Positions 11,660-22,345 of a DNA stretch of 64,000 nt are shown piece by piece. Both the position numbers and the translations under genes were made by a program. Origin of the DNA: Obrimoposthia wandeli (Eukaryota); NCBI GenBank assembly GCA_977020255.1, contig CDROCS010000506.1:1240001-1304000 (forward strand), written 5' to 3'. The notes under the pieces are model-generated. The model ran no database searches. It saw only the letters and a list, made by a program, of their open reading frames with translations, and was not told the origin of the DNA. Numbering within the stretch: position 1 is the first letter of the stretch; each line of letters opens with the position of its first letter.

Positions 11660-12994
11660 TTAAAAGGTCGCTTTTACGGCATCAGCAATTTTATTCGCCA
11701 GTGCTAATACATGCGTTTCGTCTTCACCTTCCACCATTACACGGATAAGCGGCTCAGTCCCTGACTTACGCAGTAATACACGACCACGATCAGCAAGTTC
11801 TTGTTCAACCTCTTTAACTGACGCTAGTACCGATTCAGCTAACAGTGGATCCGAATCACCACTAAAGCGTACATTAACTAGTACTTGTGGGAACTTGCTC
11901 ATACCAGAACGTAATTCTTTCAACGTTAAACCACTGTTAATCATTGCCGCTAACACAAGTAAGCTCGAGACTATGCCGTCACCTGTCGTTGTATGATCCA
12001 ATGAAATAATATGACCCGAGTTTTCACCACCAATGCGCCAGCCTTTTTCAAGTAACATTTCCACCACGTAGCGATCACCAACAGCACTACGTGCAAACGG
12101 GATCCCCAGTGACTTAAGTGCAACTTCTAAGCCCATGTTTGCCATTAATGTACCAACAACACCGCCTTTTAAATCGCCATTGCGTAACGCTTCACGCGCC
12201 ATAATATAAAGTATTTCATCGCCGTCAATTACATAACCAGTGTGATCAACCATCATCAGACGATCGCCATCACCATCATAAGCAACACCAAGGTCTGCCT
12301 TTTCAGCAAGGACACGTGCAGCTAATGCAGCAGGTTCTGTTGCGCCACAGCCTTCATTAATGTTCAGTCCATTCGGACTAATACCAATCGGAATAATTTC
12401 TGCGCCGAGTTCTTTAAATACGCTTGGTGCGATGTGATAAGTTGCGCCATGAGCACAATCCAATACAATCTTTAGGCCTTTGAGGCTTGCGCGTGTTGGG
12501 AAAGTACTTTTACAGTATTCGATATAACGACCAGCTGCATCTTCAATGCGTACTGCTTTACCCAGTAACGCCGACTCAACACAAGTAAGCTCTTTCTCTA
12601 ACTGCGCTTCAATCGCTAATTCAACTGAATCTGGTAGTTTTGTACCATCAGCCGAAAAGAATTTAATACCATTATCATGGTATGGGTTATGCGATGCACT
12701 GATCACAATACCCGCTTCCGCGCGGAATGTACGCGTTAAATAAGCAACAGCTGGCGTTGGCATAGGACCCATAAACGCCGCATCAAGACCAGCAGCAGAT
12801 AGACCAGCTTCTAGCGCACTTTCCAGCATGTAGCCCGAGATACGCGTATCTTTACCGATCAGTACTTTTTTAGTGCCGTGTTGTGCAAGTACTTTACCTG
12901 CAGCCCAACCTAATTTAAGTACAAATTCAGGTGTAATAGGCGCTTTACCAACAAGACCACGAATACCATCTGTACCAAAATACTTTCTTGACAT
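11660..12994 (-). CDS. glmM: Phosphoglucosamine mutase
   Basis: [35 protein letters not shown] motifs. Confidence 0.99.
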   Translation of the reverse strand: MSRKYFGTDGIRGLVGKAPITPEFVLKLGWAAGKVLAQHGTKKVLIGKDTRISGYMLESALEAGLSAAGLDAAFMGPMPTPAVAYLTRTFRAEAGIVISASHNPYHDNGIKFFSADGTKLPDSVELAIEAQLEKELTCVESALLGKAVRIEDAAGRYIEYCKSTFPTRASLKGLKIVLDCAHGATYHIAPSVFKELGAEIIPIGISPNGLNINEGCGATEPAALAARVLAEKADLGVAYDGDGDRLMMVDHTGYVIDGDEILYIMAREALRNGDLKGGVVGTLMANMGLEVALKSLGIPFARSAVGDRYVVEMLLEKGWRIGGENSGHIISLDHTTTGDGIVSSLLVLAAMINSGLTLKELRSGMSKFPQVLVNVRFSGDSDPLLAESVLASVKEVEQELADRGRVLLRKSGTEPLIRVMVEGEDETHVLALANKIADAVKATF

Positions 12995-13119
12995 ATTTAA
13001 TCCCTAATATCTCTTAATACAAGTCGAAATAGATCCAACTCTTTTATTTAATGTTAAACCGCCTCGTTAATATTAAAGCGGCCTATTTATTTACTGAATG
13101 CTTTGTTGTTCTTTTTTGC

Positions 13120-13974
13120 TTACTTGCTCGTTGCATGCTTAGCAAGTTGTGCCACGACAGCTAACACATCAGCTGTTTCACGCACATCGTGAACACGTAA
13201 TATTTGGGCGCCATCACCAGCTGCAGTAGTTGCACATGCAAGGCTACCCGCTAATCGCTGTGATTCATCACACTGCAATAAATTCCCGATCATCGACTTG
13301 CGTGAAACGCCAATCAGTACTGGTAAACCAAATTGATGGAACACAGGTGTATCTGCCAATAACTGATAATTCTGCTCTAAAGTCTTACCAAAACCAAAAC
13401 CAGGATCAATGATGATATGTTCACGCTTGATACCCGCATTAACACAATCCAAGATACGCTGTTCTAAAAACGACACAACTTCTGCGGTGACGTTTTGATA
13501 AACAGGTGCATCTTGCATGTTACTTGGTTGACCTTGCATATGCATAATGCATACAGGTACTGCGAGTTCAGCGGCGGCTTGTAATGCCCCTTCTTCCTGC
13601 AATGCTCTAACGTCATTAATAATGTGAGCGCCTGCAGCAATGGCTTGACGCATCACTTGGGCTTTACTGGTATCGATAGAAATAACCACATCGAGTTGTG
13701 TAGCTATACGCTTAATAATAGGAATAACACGAGCAAGTTCTTCTTCTAAGCTAACAGCGCTGGCACCGGGGCGTGTTGACTCACCGCCGATATCAATAAT
13801 CTTGGCACCATCGGCAACCATTTTTTGGGCTTGATTAAAAGCCGCATCGACCCCGTGATATTGACCACCATCAGAAAAAGAGTCAGGTGTGACATTGAGA
13901 ATGCCCATAACCACAGGTTGACTCAGATCGAGCGTTTTAACACGCTTGCTATTGGCTGTTAAGTTTAACTGCAT
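13120..13974 (-). CDS. folP: Dihydropteroate synthase
   Basis: MGILNVTPDSFSDGG, DIGGESTRPG, DPGFGFGK, SRKS, RVHDV. Confidence 0.99.
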   Translation of the reverse strand: MQLNLTANSKRVKTLDLSQPVVMGILNVTPDSFSDGGQYHGVDAAFNQAQKMVADGAKIIDIGGESTRPGASAVSLEEELARVIPIIKRIATQLDVVISIDTSKAQVMRQAIAAGAHIINDVRALQEEGALQAAAELAVPVCIMHMQGQPSNMQDAPVYQNVTAEVVSFLEQRILDCVNAGIKREHIIIDPGFGFGKTLEQNYQLLADTPVFHQFGLPVLIGVSRKSMIGNLLQCDESQRLAGSLACATTAAGDGAQILRVHDVRETADVLAVVAQLAKHATSK

Positions 13975-13990
13975 TATCGTTTTTATCCCT

Positions 13991-14021
13991 AAAAAAAAAC
14001 CCCGAGTTAGACTCGAGGTTT
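13991..14021 (-). terminator. Intrinsic terminator after ftsH
   Basis: Minus strand AAACCTCGAGT-CTA-ACTCGGGGTTT-TTTTTT. Confidence 0.75.
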
Positions 14022-14069
14022 ATTCTATCATGAATTAATAGCTATAAAGTAATACTGAGTAAGCGAGGC

Positions 14070-16013
14070 TTATTCTGTATCTTTTTTGTCACTATCTTCT
14101 TCATTTGCTTTTTCTGCTTTTTCATTTTCAACTTTTGTTTCTTTCTTCGCGTCTTTAGCTGCATCGCTATCTACTGTGCCGTAGCTTTCGCCCCAGTCAG
14201 CAGGAGCACGAACTTCAACACGCGCCATTAAGTCATCAAGTTGTTTTGCATCAATCGTTTCATATTTCATTAATGCATCTTTCATTGAATGCAAAATATC
14301 AATATTATCGGTTAAGATCTGTTTTGAACGAGCGTAGTTAGTATCAACTAGGAAACGAATTTCTTCATCAATCAATTTCGCCGTATCAGCAGACATGCTC
14401 GCAGCTTGTGAGCCACCGCCGCCAAGGAATACTTCACCTTGTTCGTCAGCAAACTTCATTGGACCTAACTTTTCAGATAGACCCCATTGCGTTACCATTT
14501 TACGCGAAATATCCGTAGCACGCTCAATATCATTTGATGCACCCGTTGATACATAGTCTTTACCGAAGATAATTTCTTCAGCAATACGACCACCGTAAAG
14601 GCTTGAGATCATGCTTTCTAAATGACGTTTTGAATGACTTACGCGATCTTGTTCAGGTAAGTACATAGTCACACCTAGCGCACGGCCACGTGGAATAATA
14701 CTTACTTTATAAACAGGATCATGATCTGGTACTAAGCGACCAACGATTGCGTGACCAGCTTCGTGATACGCTGTCATCGTTTTCTCATCTTCGCTCATTA
14801 CCATGCTCTTACGTTCAGCACCCATTAAGATCTTATCTTTCGCTTTCTCAAATTCAGCCATTGATACAGTACGTTTGTTAGTACGTGCAGCAAATAGTGC
14901 AGCTTCATTGACAAGGTTAGCAAGTTCAGCACCAGAGAAACCTGGTGTGCCACGTGCAATCAATACTGTTTCAACGTCATCGCTGATTGGTACTTTACGC
15001 ATGTGTACTTTAAGAATTTGCTCACGACCACGAATATCAGGTAGACCAACTGTTACTTGACGGTCAAAACGACCCGGACGTAGTAATGCTGGATCAAGTA
15101 CGTCTGGACGGTTCGTCGCAGCAATAACAATGATACCTTCATTACCTTCAAAGCCATCCATTTCAACCAACATTTGGTTTAGCGTTTGCTCACGTTCATC
15201 GTGACCACCGCCCATACCAGAACCACGTTTACGACCTACTGCATCGATTTCATCAATGAAGATGATACATGGTGATGATTTTTTTGCTTGTTCAAACATG
15301 TCACGCACACGAGATGCACCAACACCAACAAACATTTCAACGAAATCAGAACCTGAAATAGTGAAAAATGGTACTTTTGCTTCACCGGCAATCGCTTTCG
15401 CAAGTAATGTTTTACCTGTACCTGGAGAACCAACTAACAAGATACCAGTTGGGATTTTACCACCCAGTTTTTGGAATCGAGTCGGATCTTTTAAGTAATC
15501 AACCAATTCAGCAACTTCTTCTTTTGCTTCATCACAACCAGCAACGTCAGCAAATGTTGTTTTGATTTGGTCTTCACTCATTAGACGTGCTTTACTCTTA
15601 CCGAATGACATAGCGCCTTTGCCGCCGCCACCTTGCATTTGGCGCATAAAGAACACCCAAACACCGATAAGTAATAGCATTGGGAACCAAGAGATGAAGA
15701 TAGAAGTTAATAAACTTTCTTCTGCTTCAGGTTCACCAAATACTTTAACGTTGTTGTTTAACAAGTCATTTAACAGCTGTGGATCTTCCGCTGGTAAGAA
15801 AGTAACAAACTTCTGACCACCTTGGCTAACACCACGGATTGTACGTCCGTTGATCTTAACTTCGTTAACCTGTTTATTTCTAACTTGTTGTACAAATGAA
15901 CTGTAATCTAACTGATTACTTGAATTATCATTTGGTCCGAAACTCTGAAATACTGACATTAATACGACTGCAATAACCAGCCATAAAATCAGATTTTTTG
16001 CCATATCACTCAA
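14070..16013 (-). CDS. ftsH: ATP-dependent zinc metalloprotease FtsH
   Basis: Two N-terminal TM segments, Walker [12 protein letters not shown] ([19 protein letters not shown]), HEAGH. The start may be ATG 16004. Confidence 0.99.
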   Translation of the reverse strand: MSDMAKNLILWLVIAVVLMSVFQSFGPNDNSSNQLDYSSFVQQVRNKQVNEVKINGRTIRGVSQGGQKFVTFLPAEDPQLLNDLLNNNVKVFGEPEAEESLLTSIFISWFPMLLLIGVWVFFMRQMQGGGGKGAMSFGKSKARLMSEDQIKTTFADVAGCDEAKEEVAELVDYLKDPTRFQKLGGKIPTGILLVGSPGTGKTLLAKAIAGEAKVPFFTISGSDFVEMFVGVGASRVRDMFEQAKKSSPCIIFIDEIDAVGRKRGSGMGGGHDEREQTLNQMLVEMDGFEGNEGIIVIAATNRPDVLDPALLRPGRFDRQVTVGLPDIRGREQILKVHMRKVPISDDVETVLIARGTPGFSGAELANLVNEAALFAARTNKRTVSMAEFEKAKDKILMGAERKSMVMSEDEKTMTAYHEAGHAIVGRLVPDHDPVYKVSIIPRGRALGVTMYLPEQDRVSHSKRHLESMISSLYGGRIAEEIIFGKDYVSTGASNDIERATDISRKMVTQWGLSEKLGPMKFADEQGEVFLGGGGSQAASMSADTAKLIDEEIRFLVDTNYARSKQILTDNIDILHSMKDALMKYETIDAKQLDDLMARVEVRAPADWGESYGTVDSDAAKDAKKETKVENEKAEKANEEDSDKKDTE

Positions 16014-16273
16014 AATCTAGCCTCTCCGGGTCTTAAGTTCCCTGAAAAAAAAACAGTTGATACACTCAATATATTTAAATATAGACAGTTTAACAACAAC
16101 TTACATTTTAAATTTTTCATCCTGTGATCCTTACAAGTCAAATGTAAGGTGCAGAACCCTTTCGATATTCTCTACTGTCTAATTAAATATATCAAGAGTT
16201 GACGATTTATTAACATAATTAAATGCTTATTACCGTCAAATCTCTAGTTTATCCTTTAATAACAGCAGTCATA

Positions 16274-16353
16274 CTATTCTTTGTAGCCAGACACAAAATT
16301 TAGCCTTTGTAACCTGTAGCTACAATTTAACCTTTATAACCCGTTGCAACGAT
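16274..16353 (-). repeat. Tandem triplication of the last 27 bp of rlmE including the stop codon
   Basis: ATCGTTGCAACGGGTTATAAAGGTTAA / ATTGTAGCTACAGGTTACAAAGGCTAA / ATTTTGTGTCTGGCTACAAAGAATAG. Confidence 0.85.
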
Positions 16354-16971
16354 AAAGACTTCGCGTGAACGTGCACGTGATGAATCCGGTTTTCTGGTTC
16401 TAACGACAGTAAACATACCACGCACATCTTTCATGAATTGCTCAAAGCCTTCACCTTGAAACACTTTAACCGCAAAACTACCATTTGGTTTAAGTACTTC
16501 ACGGCACATTTCCAGCGCCAATTCGACCAAATACATTGCTGCTGGTTGATCAACACCAATATTACCACTCATGTTTGGTGCCATATCAGAGATAACAACA
16601 TCAATCTGGCCATCACCCACTTTCGCTAGTAAAGTTGATAATACTTTTTCATCTCTAAAGTCACCTTGCAAGAAATCAACCCCTGCAATTGGATCCATAG
16701 CTAAAATATCACAAGCAATAACACGACCTTTATCACCTAGGTGCTTAACAGCATATTGTGACCAACCACCAGGAGCAGCACCAAGGTCGACAATATTCAT
16801 ACCCGGTTTTAATAATTTATCTTTTGCTTGGATCTCTTCAAGCTTAAAAGTTGCACGTGAACGCAACCCTTGTTTCTTCGCATCTTTAACATATTTATCG
16901 TTGTGATGCTCGTTGAGCCAATTCTTAGAACTGCCCTTTTGGGTACTTTTTTTCTTCGGTGTCGGGGTCAT
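16327..16971 (-). CDS. rlmE: 23S rRNA Um2552 methyltransferase RlmE (FtsJ)
   Basis: [34 protein letters not shown]: catalytic K-D-K-E present. Confidence 0.98.
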   Translation of the reverse strand: MTPTPKKKSTQKGSSKNWLNEHHNDKYVKDAKKQGLRSRATFKLEEIQAKDKLLKPGMNIVDLGAAPGGWSQYAVKHLGDKGRVIACDILAMDPIAGVDFLQGDFRDEKVLSTLLAKVGDGQIDVVISDMAPNMSGNIGVDQPAAMYLVELALEMCREVLKPNGSFAVKVFQGEGFEQFMKDVRGMFTVVRTRKPDSSRARSREVFIVATGYKG

Positions 16972-17032
16972 CTGAAAGCCTGTTTATAATATTTTTTTAA
17001 ACCATTACCATAATGGCATGGTATTAAGATGA

Positions 17033-17061
17033 AGATGAAGCTAAAATTACTCTTTTTCAAC
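17033..17061 (-). promoter_or_regulatory. Possible sigma32 promoter for rlmE-ftsH
   Basis: Minus strand GTTGAAA-14-CTTCATCT. The -10 is an imperfect match to CCCCATnT; rlmE-ftsH is heat-shock regulated in E. coli. Confidence 0.3.
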
Positions 17062-17085
17062 CCTAAGTAATAAGAAATTTAAAAT

Positions 17086-17382
17086 ATGGCATTAAGCAAC
17101 AAACAAAAGCAACACCTAAAAGGTTTAGCACATTCATTAAAACCTGTCATCTTACTAGGCCAACACGGCCTAACTGAAGGTGTTATGGCTGAAATTGAAG
17201 TAGCAATCGCACATCATGAACTAATCAAAATTAAAGTTGCGTCTGAAGACCGTGACCAAAAAGCATTAGTGATGGATACCATTGTTAAAGAAGCTAACGC
17301 AGAAAAAGTACTAAGTATTGGCCACACACTGGTTATTTACCGTACAAGTGATGAAAAGAAAATCATACTGCCAAAGAAATAA
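17086..17382 (+). CDS. yhbY: Ribosome assembly RNA-binding protein YhbY (CRM domain)
   Basis: LSNKQKQHLKGLAHSLKPV, HHELIKIKV, IGHTLVIYR. Confidence 0.97.
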   Translation: MALSNKQKQHLKGLAHSLKPVILLGQHGLTEGVMAEIEVAIAHHELIKIKVASEDRDQKALVMDTIVKEANAEKVLSIGHTLVIYRTSDEKKIILPKK

Positions 17383-17399
17383 TAGCTTTGTGAGTATCC

Positions 17400-17448
17400 A
17401 GCTGGGCAAGGAATCCCAGCTCGACTATACCCAGCGTTAACGCTGGGT
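17400..17448. repeat. Two adjacent CCCAGC/GCTGGG palindromes (REP-like) between convergent yhbY and greA
   Basis: AGCTGGG-N8-CCCAGCT (17400-17421) and the perfect 20-bp palindrome ACCCAGCGTTAACGCTGGGT (17429-17448). Confidence 0.5.
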
Positions 17449-17497
17449 CGCAGTACACAAAAATGCGTATCAGCATCTTTGCTCAGTGTGTCGATAG

Positions 17498-17977
17498 TTA
17501 GATATATTCTACCGATACAATTTCAAATTCAATCGCGCCGCCTGGTGTCTTTACCATAGCAACATCATCTACGCTTTTACCCACTAAACCACGTGCAATT
17601 GGTGAGTTAATTGAAATACGATTTTCTTTAATGTTCGCTTCATCATCACCCACAAGATTGTAAGTGATCTCATCTTCTGTTTCAGTGTTATACAGTGTCA
17701 CTGTTGAACCAAAGATAACACGACCGTTATTGGTGATTTTTGTCACATCAATAATCTGGCAGTTAGACAATTTACCTTCGATATCTTGAACACGGCCTTC
17801 ACAGAATCCTTGCTCTTCACGTGCAGCATGATATTCCGCATTTTCTTTTAAATCGCCATGTTCGCGCGCATCAGCAATTGAACTCACAATTTCAGGGCGA
17901 CGAACTGTTTTAAGCTGATCTAATTCGATACGTAAATTCTCTGCACCACGTGCAGTCATTGGGATCATATTACTCAT
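17498..17977 (-). CDS. greA: Transcription elongation factor GreA
   Basis: [34 protein letters not shown] at 17977 preferred over ORF-track 17998. Confidence 0.98.
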   Translation of the reverse strand: MSNMIPMTARGAENLRIELDQLKTVRRPEIVSSIADAREHGDLKENAEYHAAREEQGFCEGRVQDIEGKLSNCQIIDVTKITNNGRVIFGSTVTLYNTETEDEITYNLVGDDEANIKENRISINSPIARGLVGKSVDDVAMVKTPGGAIEFEIVSVEYI

Positions 17978-18278
17978 AATGCTAACCTTTTTAATCAATT
18001 CATTATCATGGCATGACTAAACGTTCAATGCTGATAATGCTTACAGTCATAATGCCCCTATTGTAATACGAATATGACGACACTTCACCCTATTCAAACT
18101 ATTAAAGCCATTTAATCTTATTATTGAGATCTATAGTTGTACATTGTCCATCAGCCATAAAATTCAACCGAGCCAGCACTGTTTATCTTATTTTAACCGA
18201 CATGTACCAAGTTAGGATGCTGATAGCTAAAACTGCACTTATACTGGTAATTAATACACTTCATAAAAAATAATACCG

Positions 18279-18359
18279 CTAGAAACTAGGCAGCAGACCA
18301 ACAAAAACAAAAATACTCACACTAATCAGCACTTCACCCAACACAGACACCCAAAGCAT
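18279..18359 (-). CDS. Possible 26-aa hydrophobic small ORF (MLWVSVLGEVLISVSIFVFVGLLPSF)
   Basis: Not in ORF track. Read manually: ATG 18359, TAG 18279; TM-like composition; weak RBS. Confidence 0.3.
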   Translation of the reverse strand: MLWVSVLGEVLISVSIFVFVGLLPSF

Positions 18360-18447
18360 TAAAAGTTACACTTTTCTTATAAAACACTAGCTAATCGAAT
18401 GAAATGTGTGCATAATGTATCCAATCAATCAAGCCAAGGATATAATC

Positions 18448-18531
18448 ATGAAAGAATTCGTAGCCGTTTTTACTGTTTTAACTACTTTAGCTATCACAAG
18501 TGGTGTTTTACCATCAATCGCTAACCTATAG
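18448..18531 (+). CDS. 27-aa hydrophobic small protein (MKEFVAVFTVLTTLAITSGVLPSIANL)
   Basis: Not in ORF track. AAGGA RBS 7 nt before ATG, CATAAT -10-like box upstream, long terminator hairpin downstream. Confidence 0.6.
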   Translation: MKEFVAVFTVLTTLAITSGVLPSIANL

Positions 18532-18545
18532 TTTTAAAAGTTTCG

Positions 18546-18620
18546 AAAACAGCATGGAAAAGTTTTTTATTTATAATGATATATTATAAATACACGAAAA
18601 CTTCTCTATGCTGTTTTTTT
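18546..18620 (+). terminator. Long interrupted hairpin ending in a U-tract, downstream of the small ORF
   Basis: AAAACAGCAT...AAGTTTT..TATTTATAAT-GATAT-ATTATAAATA..AAAACTT...ATGCTGTTTTTTT. Confidence 0.75.
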
Positions 18621-18844
18621 ATGCCTGAAGACAAGCCTATTTCACTCACTTCCCCCGCTATTACTGCTGAAATATAATATTTATTACATTCCTAAATTTC
18701 GTATCAAAAATTCAAATTTTATCTATATTTTGCAACTTTATTTGTTAGAACTTCGATATAGCTAGAAGAAATCATTTTCTCTATCCGTATACTCAGCATT
18801 TCGTAATCACGGATAAATGCAGACAAGGATTAAGAAGTTTACTA

Positions 18845-19477
18845 ATGATGAACATGGATATTATTTATTTACTCGATTTAGCGGGTACTGCTGTTTTTGC
18901 AATATCAGGCGTGCAAGTCGCTGGACAGATGCGTATGGACCCATTCGGAGCAACAGTATTGGCTGCGGTAACCGCTGTTGGTGGGGGGACGATACGTGAT
19001 GCGATCTTAGATGTAGGTCCTGCATTTTGGGTTCACGATCCCGTCTATCTCAGCGTTATTATTCTGACGTCCTTGCTCACTATTTTGTTTGCTAACCGTA
19101 ATCATCGCATGCCGCCCATATTATTGCCGCTTGCTGATGCCGCTGGTTTAGCCTTATTTACCGTGATAGGAACCCAAAAAGCCCTCGCCTATGGCGCACC
19201 GGGAATGACTGCAGTGGTAATGGGTGTGCTCACAGGTGTTGCTGGCGGTATTATCCGCGATCTATTAGCCAGCCGCGTGCCGATGGTATTACAAAAAGAT
19301 ATCTACGCAACAGCATCAATACTGGGTGGCGTCGTTTATACCGGCGCACTCTATATTGGCATAAATGAAGGCTTTGCAATGTTACTGGCGATGACAGGCG
19401 TGTTTACGCTGCGTATGGCCGCTGTACATTGGCATTTACGTTTACCGACTTTTGTTTTAAAACATCATCGTGCTTAA
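18845..19477 (+). CDS. TRIC (trimeric intracellular cation channel) / UPF0126 YadS-like membrane protein
   Basis: Duplicated motif [13 protein letters not shown]...AVGGGTIRD and [14 protein letters not shown]...[11 protein letters not shown]. Confidence 0.9.
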   Translation: MMNMDIIYLLDLAGTAVFAISGVQVAGQMRMDPFGATVLAAVTAVGGGTIRDAILDVGPAFWVHDPVYLSVIILTSLLTILFANRNHRMPPILLPLADAAGLALFTVIGTQKALAYGAPGMTAVVMGVLTGVAGGIIRDLLASRVPMVLQKDIYATASILGGVVYTGALYIGINEGFAMLLAMTGVFTLRMAAVHWHLRLPTFVLKHHRA

Positions 19478-19530
19478 TTAACCCTTGCCGCCTCTCTAAA
19501 CAAAACAAAAAAATTAAATTAAACGACACG

Positions 19531-19566
19531 AAAAAGCCCGTTATGACGAATATCATAACGGGCTTT
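19531..19566. terminator. Bidirectional terminator between TRIC gene and tyrS
   Basis: Perfect 14-bp stem AAAGCCCGTTATGA-N6-TCATAACGGGCTTT. Confidence 0.85.
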
Positions 19567-19619
19567 ATTGTTTACACTGCAGCATTGTTAATCACGACAC
19601 CACGGTGTTAAGCAGTCGT

Positions 19620-19654
19620 AATTAACTATTAGCAATTAACAATTAACAATTAAC
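19620..19654 (-). repeat. Heptamer tandem repeat (GTTAATT x4 plus one variant) starting at the tyrS stop codon
   Basis: Plus strand AATTAAC TATTAGC AATTAAC AATTAAC AATTAAC. Confidence 0.75.
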
Positions 19655-20846
19655 TAAGTGTAATACGTGCAAACTTACGTTTACCGACTTGGTATACAGC
19701 AGTACCTGCAACTGGTACAAAACGTGTATCTTCTACTTTATCGCCATCAATCTTCACAGCGCCTTGCTTGATCATACGCATCGCTTCCGACGTACCAGAT
19801 ACCAAACCAGCTTCTTTTAATAAGTTAGCAATCGCTAGCTCATCACTTACTGCAAAATCAAATTCCGGCATTTCATCTGGGATCGCATTTTTAGAAAAAC
19901 GCTGAGTGAAATCATTATGGGCACTTTCAGCAGCTGCTTCATCATGAAAACGCGCAATGATTTCTTTTGCTAATGAAATTTTAATATCACGTGGGTTAAC
20001 TGCATCAGCCGCAATATCTGCTTTGAATTTTTCAATTTCAGCTAATGGGCGGAATGAAAGTAATTCAAAGTAGTTCCACATCAAATCATCAGTGATAGAC
20101 ATGATTTTACCAAACATGTCATTCGGCGAATCAGTCACACCGATGTAGTTGTTCGATGACTTAGACATTTTTTTAACGCCGTCTAGACCAACAAGCAGTG
20201 GCATCATGATCACAGTTTGTGGTTTCTGACCTTCTGCTTTTTGTAATTCACGACCCATTAATAGGTTGAATTTTTGATCTGTACCGCCAAGTTCAACATC
20301 CGATTTTAGCGCAACTGAATCATAACCTTGTAATAACGGATACATAAATTCGTGGATCGCGATACCTTGATTTGACGCATAACGTTTTTTGAAGTCATCA
20401 CGTTCTAGCATACGTGCAACCGTTTGTTGCGACGCTAAACGGATCATGCCTGCAGCGCCTAATTCGTTTAACCACGTTGAGTTAAACTCAATACGGGTTC
20501 TTTCTTTGTCTAGGATCTTAAATACTTGGTCAGTATATGTTTTCGCATTAACCAGTACATCTTCACGCGTCAGTGGTGGACGAGTTGAATTCTTACCTGA
20601 CGGATCACCCACTGTAGCAGTGAAATCACCAATCAAGAAAATCACTTCATGACCAAGGTCTTGAAATTGACGTAACTTGTTTAAGATAACAGTATGGCCT
20701 AAATGCAGGTCAGCACCTGTTGGATCAGCACCTAATTTAATTCTTAGCGGACGACCTTCTTTCAGTTTTGCAACTAGCTCTTCTTCAACTAGGATTTCTT
20801 CTGTACCACGTTTAATTTCGCGTAACGCATCATTGATTTGCGTCAT
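19650..20846 (-). CDS. tyrS: Tyrosine--tRNA ligase (type 2)
   Basis: [13 protein letters not shown] (HIGH), [18 protein letters not shown]-terminal S4 domain. ATG 20846 has a GGAG RBS. Confidence 0.99.
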   Translation of the reverse strand: MTQINDALREIKRGTEEILVEEELVAKLKEGRPLRIKLGADPTGADLHLGHTVILNKLRQFQDLGHEVIFLIGDFTATVGDPSGKNSTRPPLTREDVLVNAKTYTDQVFKILDKERTRIEFNSTWLNELGAAGMIRLASQQTVARMLERDDFKKRYASNQGIAIHEFMYPLLQGYDSVALKSDVELGGTDQKFNLLMGRELQKAEGQKPQTVIMMPLLVGLDGVKKMSKSSNNYIGVTDSPNDMFGKIMSITDDLMWNYFELLSFRPLAEIEKFKADIAADAVNPRDIKISLAKEIIARFHDEAAAESAHNDFTQRFSKNAIPDEMPEFDFAVSDELAIANLLKEAGLVSGTSEAMRMIKQGAVKIDGDKVEDTRFVPVAGTAVYQVGKRKFARITLS

Positions 20847-21018
20847 AATTGTAAGCTCCACACTTATTACCTAAATATAATAACTCTATAGTACTGGATA
20901 GCATCACAATTGAAAACCGTTGCACTCTGGCATTTCAGGATAATTTTTTTTGCACAGACCTAAGTATTTGTTAGAATATGGCTCTTATTTTTCAATTACC
21001 ACAAGGTAGTGCTTTTCT

Positions 21019-22317
21019 ATGTCATTCGGTAAGCGTTTTAAGTTATTACCAAAACAACACCGAACCTTCATTCTCATTATCTTTGGTTTGATCGTTACAT
21101 TGCTGTTTCTGCCTGTATCCACCAGCGCACCCGAGTCATCAGATGCTGAATCTTTCTATCTATATCAGATTGGAGATCGTTACAGCTTAAAATTACCCCC
21201 TCTGATAGCGAACGCCAACAAGCCAGTTACAACACGATTAACCAGTGAAGAGATTGTCGTGAGATCGGGTGATAATCTGTCATTAATCGGCAAACGAGGT
21301 CATTTATCGATTAAAACCATCTATGAAATCGACAGATTGGCATCGGCAAAACGGTTACGTAGCATTTACCCTGGCCAAAAACTGACCATTACGACTGATG
21401 ATAATGGCGAATTTGTTGAACTTATATATCCATACAGCACCACAGAGTCGTTATATATCAATAAAACGGCCGAGGGCTACAGTACCAAAAATATTAAAAA
21501 CAAAATTGAAATACGTGAGCAGTTTGCCCGCGCCGATATTACCAGTAACTTCTGGAATGCCGGGGTAAAAGCCGATATGCCAGCAAATCAAATCATGAAC
21601 TTAGCGACTATATTTGGTTGGGATATCGATTTCGCCTTGGATATTCGAGCTGGTGATAGTTTTGCTGTCATTTATGAAGAACAATTTATTGATGGTGATT
21701 TTGTCTCTACGGGTAATATTTTAGCCGCCGAATTTATTAACCAAGGAGATAAGTTCCAAGCTGTGCGCAATAGCGATGGCAGTTATTATACGCCGTCAGG
21801 ACGTTCGATGCGTAAAGCCTTCTTGCGTGCGCCCGTCAACTTTAAATATATTAGTTCGAGCTTTAATCGTAATCGTCGTCACCCTGTGACAGGTAAAGTG
21901 CGTTCACATAATGGTATTGATTACGCAGCGAGAACCGGTACGCCGATTGTATCTGCTGGTGATGGTAAAGTGATCGCCTCTGCTTATAATCGTTTTAACG
22001 GTAATTACGTCTTTATTAAGCATAACGCCAACATTGTCACTAAATACCTGCACATGAACAAACGCAGTGTCAAAAAAGGCCAACGTGTTAAACAGAATCA
22101 GAAAATTGGTACGGTTGGTGCAACAGGTCGTGTAACTGGCGCCCATTTACACTATGAATTTTTGGTTAATGGTAAGCATAAAAACCCGAAAACTGTATCA
22201 TTGCCGAAAGCGGATTCATTACGTGGTAGTGAAAAGACCAAGTTTGTCTCAAAAGCTAAAAGCATCATCGAGCAACTGGAAAGTAACGCGAAACTATACA
22301 GCTTAATCGAGCTATAA
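21019..22317 (+). CDS. M23-family peptidoglycan DD-endopeptidase (MepM/OapA-like)
   Basis: N-terminal TM, LysM-like VRSGDNLS, FLRAPVNF..ISSSFN, HNGIDYAA and HLHYE zinc motifs. Confidence 0.9.
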   Translation: MSFGKRFKLLPKQHRTFILIIFGLIVTLLFLPVSTSAPESSDAESFYLYQIGDRYSLKLPPLIANANKPVTTRLTSEEIVVRSGDNLSLIGKRGHLSIKTIYEIDRLASAKRLRSIYPGQKLTITTDDNGEFVELIYPYSTTESLYINKTAEGYSTKNIKNKIEIREQFARADITSNFWNAGVKADMPANQIMNLATIFGWDIDFALDIRAGDSFAVIYEEQFIDGDFVSTGNILAAEFINQGDKFQAVRNSDGSYYTPSGRSMRKAFLRAPVNFKYISSSFNRNRRHPVTGKVRSHNGIDYAARTGTPIVSAGDGKVIASAYNRFNGNYVFIKHNANIVTKYLHMNKRSVKKGQRVKQNQKIGTVGATGRVTGAHLHYEFLVNGKHKNPKTVSLPKADSLRGSEKTKFVSKAKSIIEQLESNAKLYSLIEL

Positions 22318-22345
22318 CATAAACCAGAAGTTTAAGGGTGCGGCA

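Noticed and set aside
18566-18592. Fur-box-like TATAATGATATATTATA
   Set aside because: Spacing is 6-5-6 rather than the Fur 19-bp pattern, and it is simply the apical part of the long terminator hairpin.
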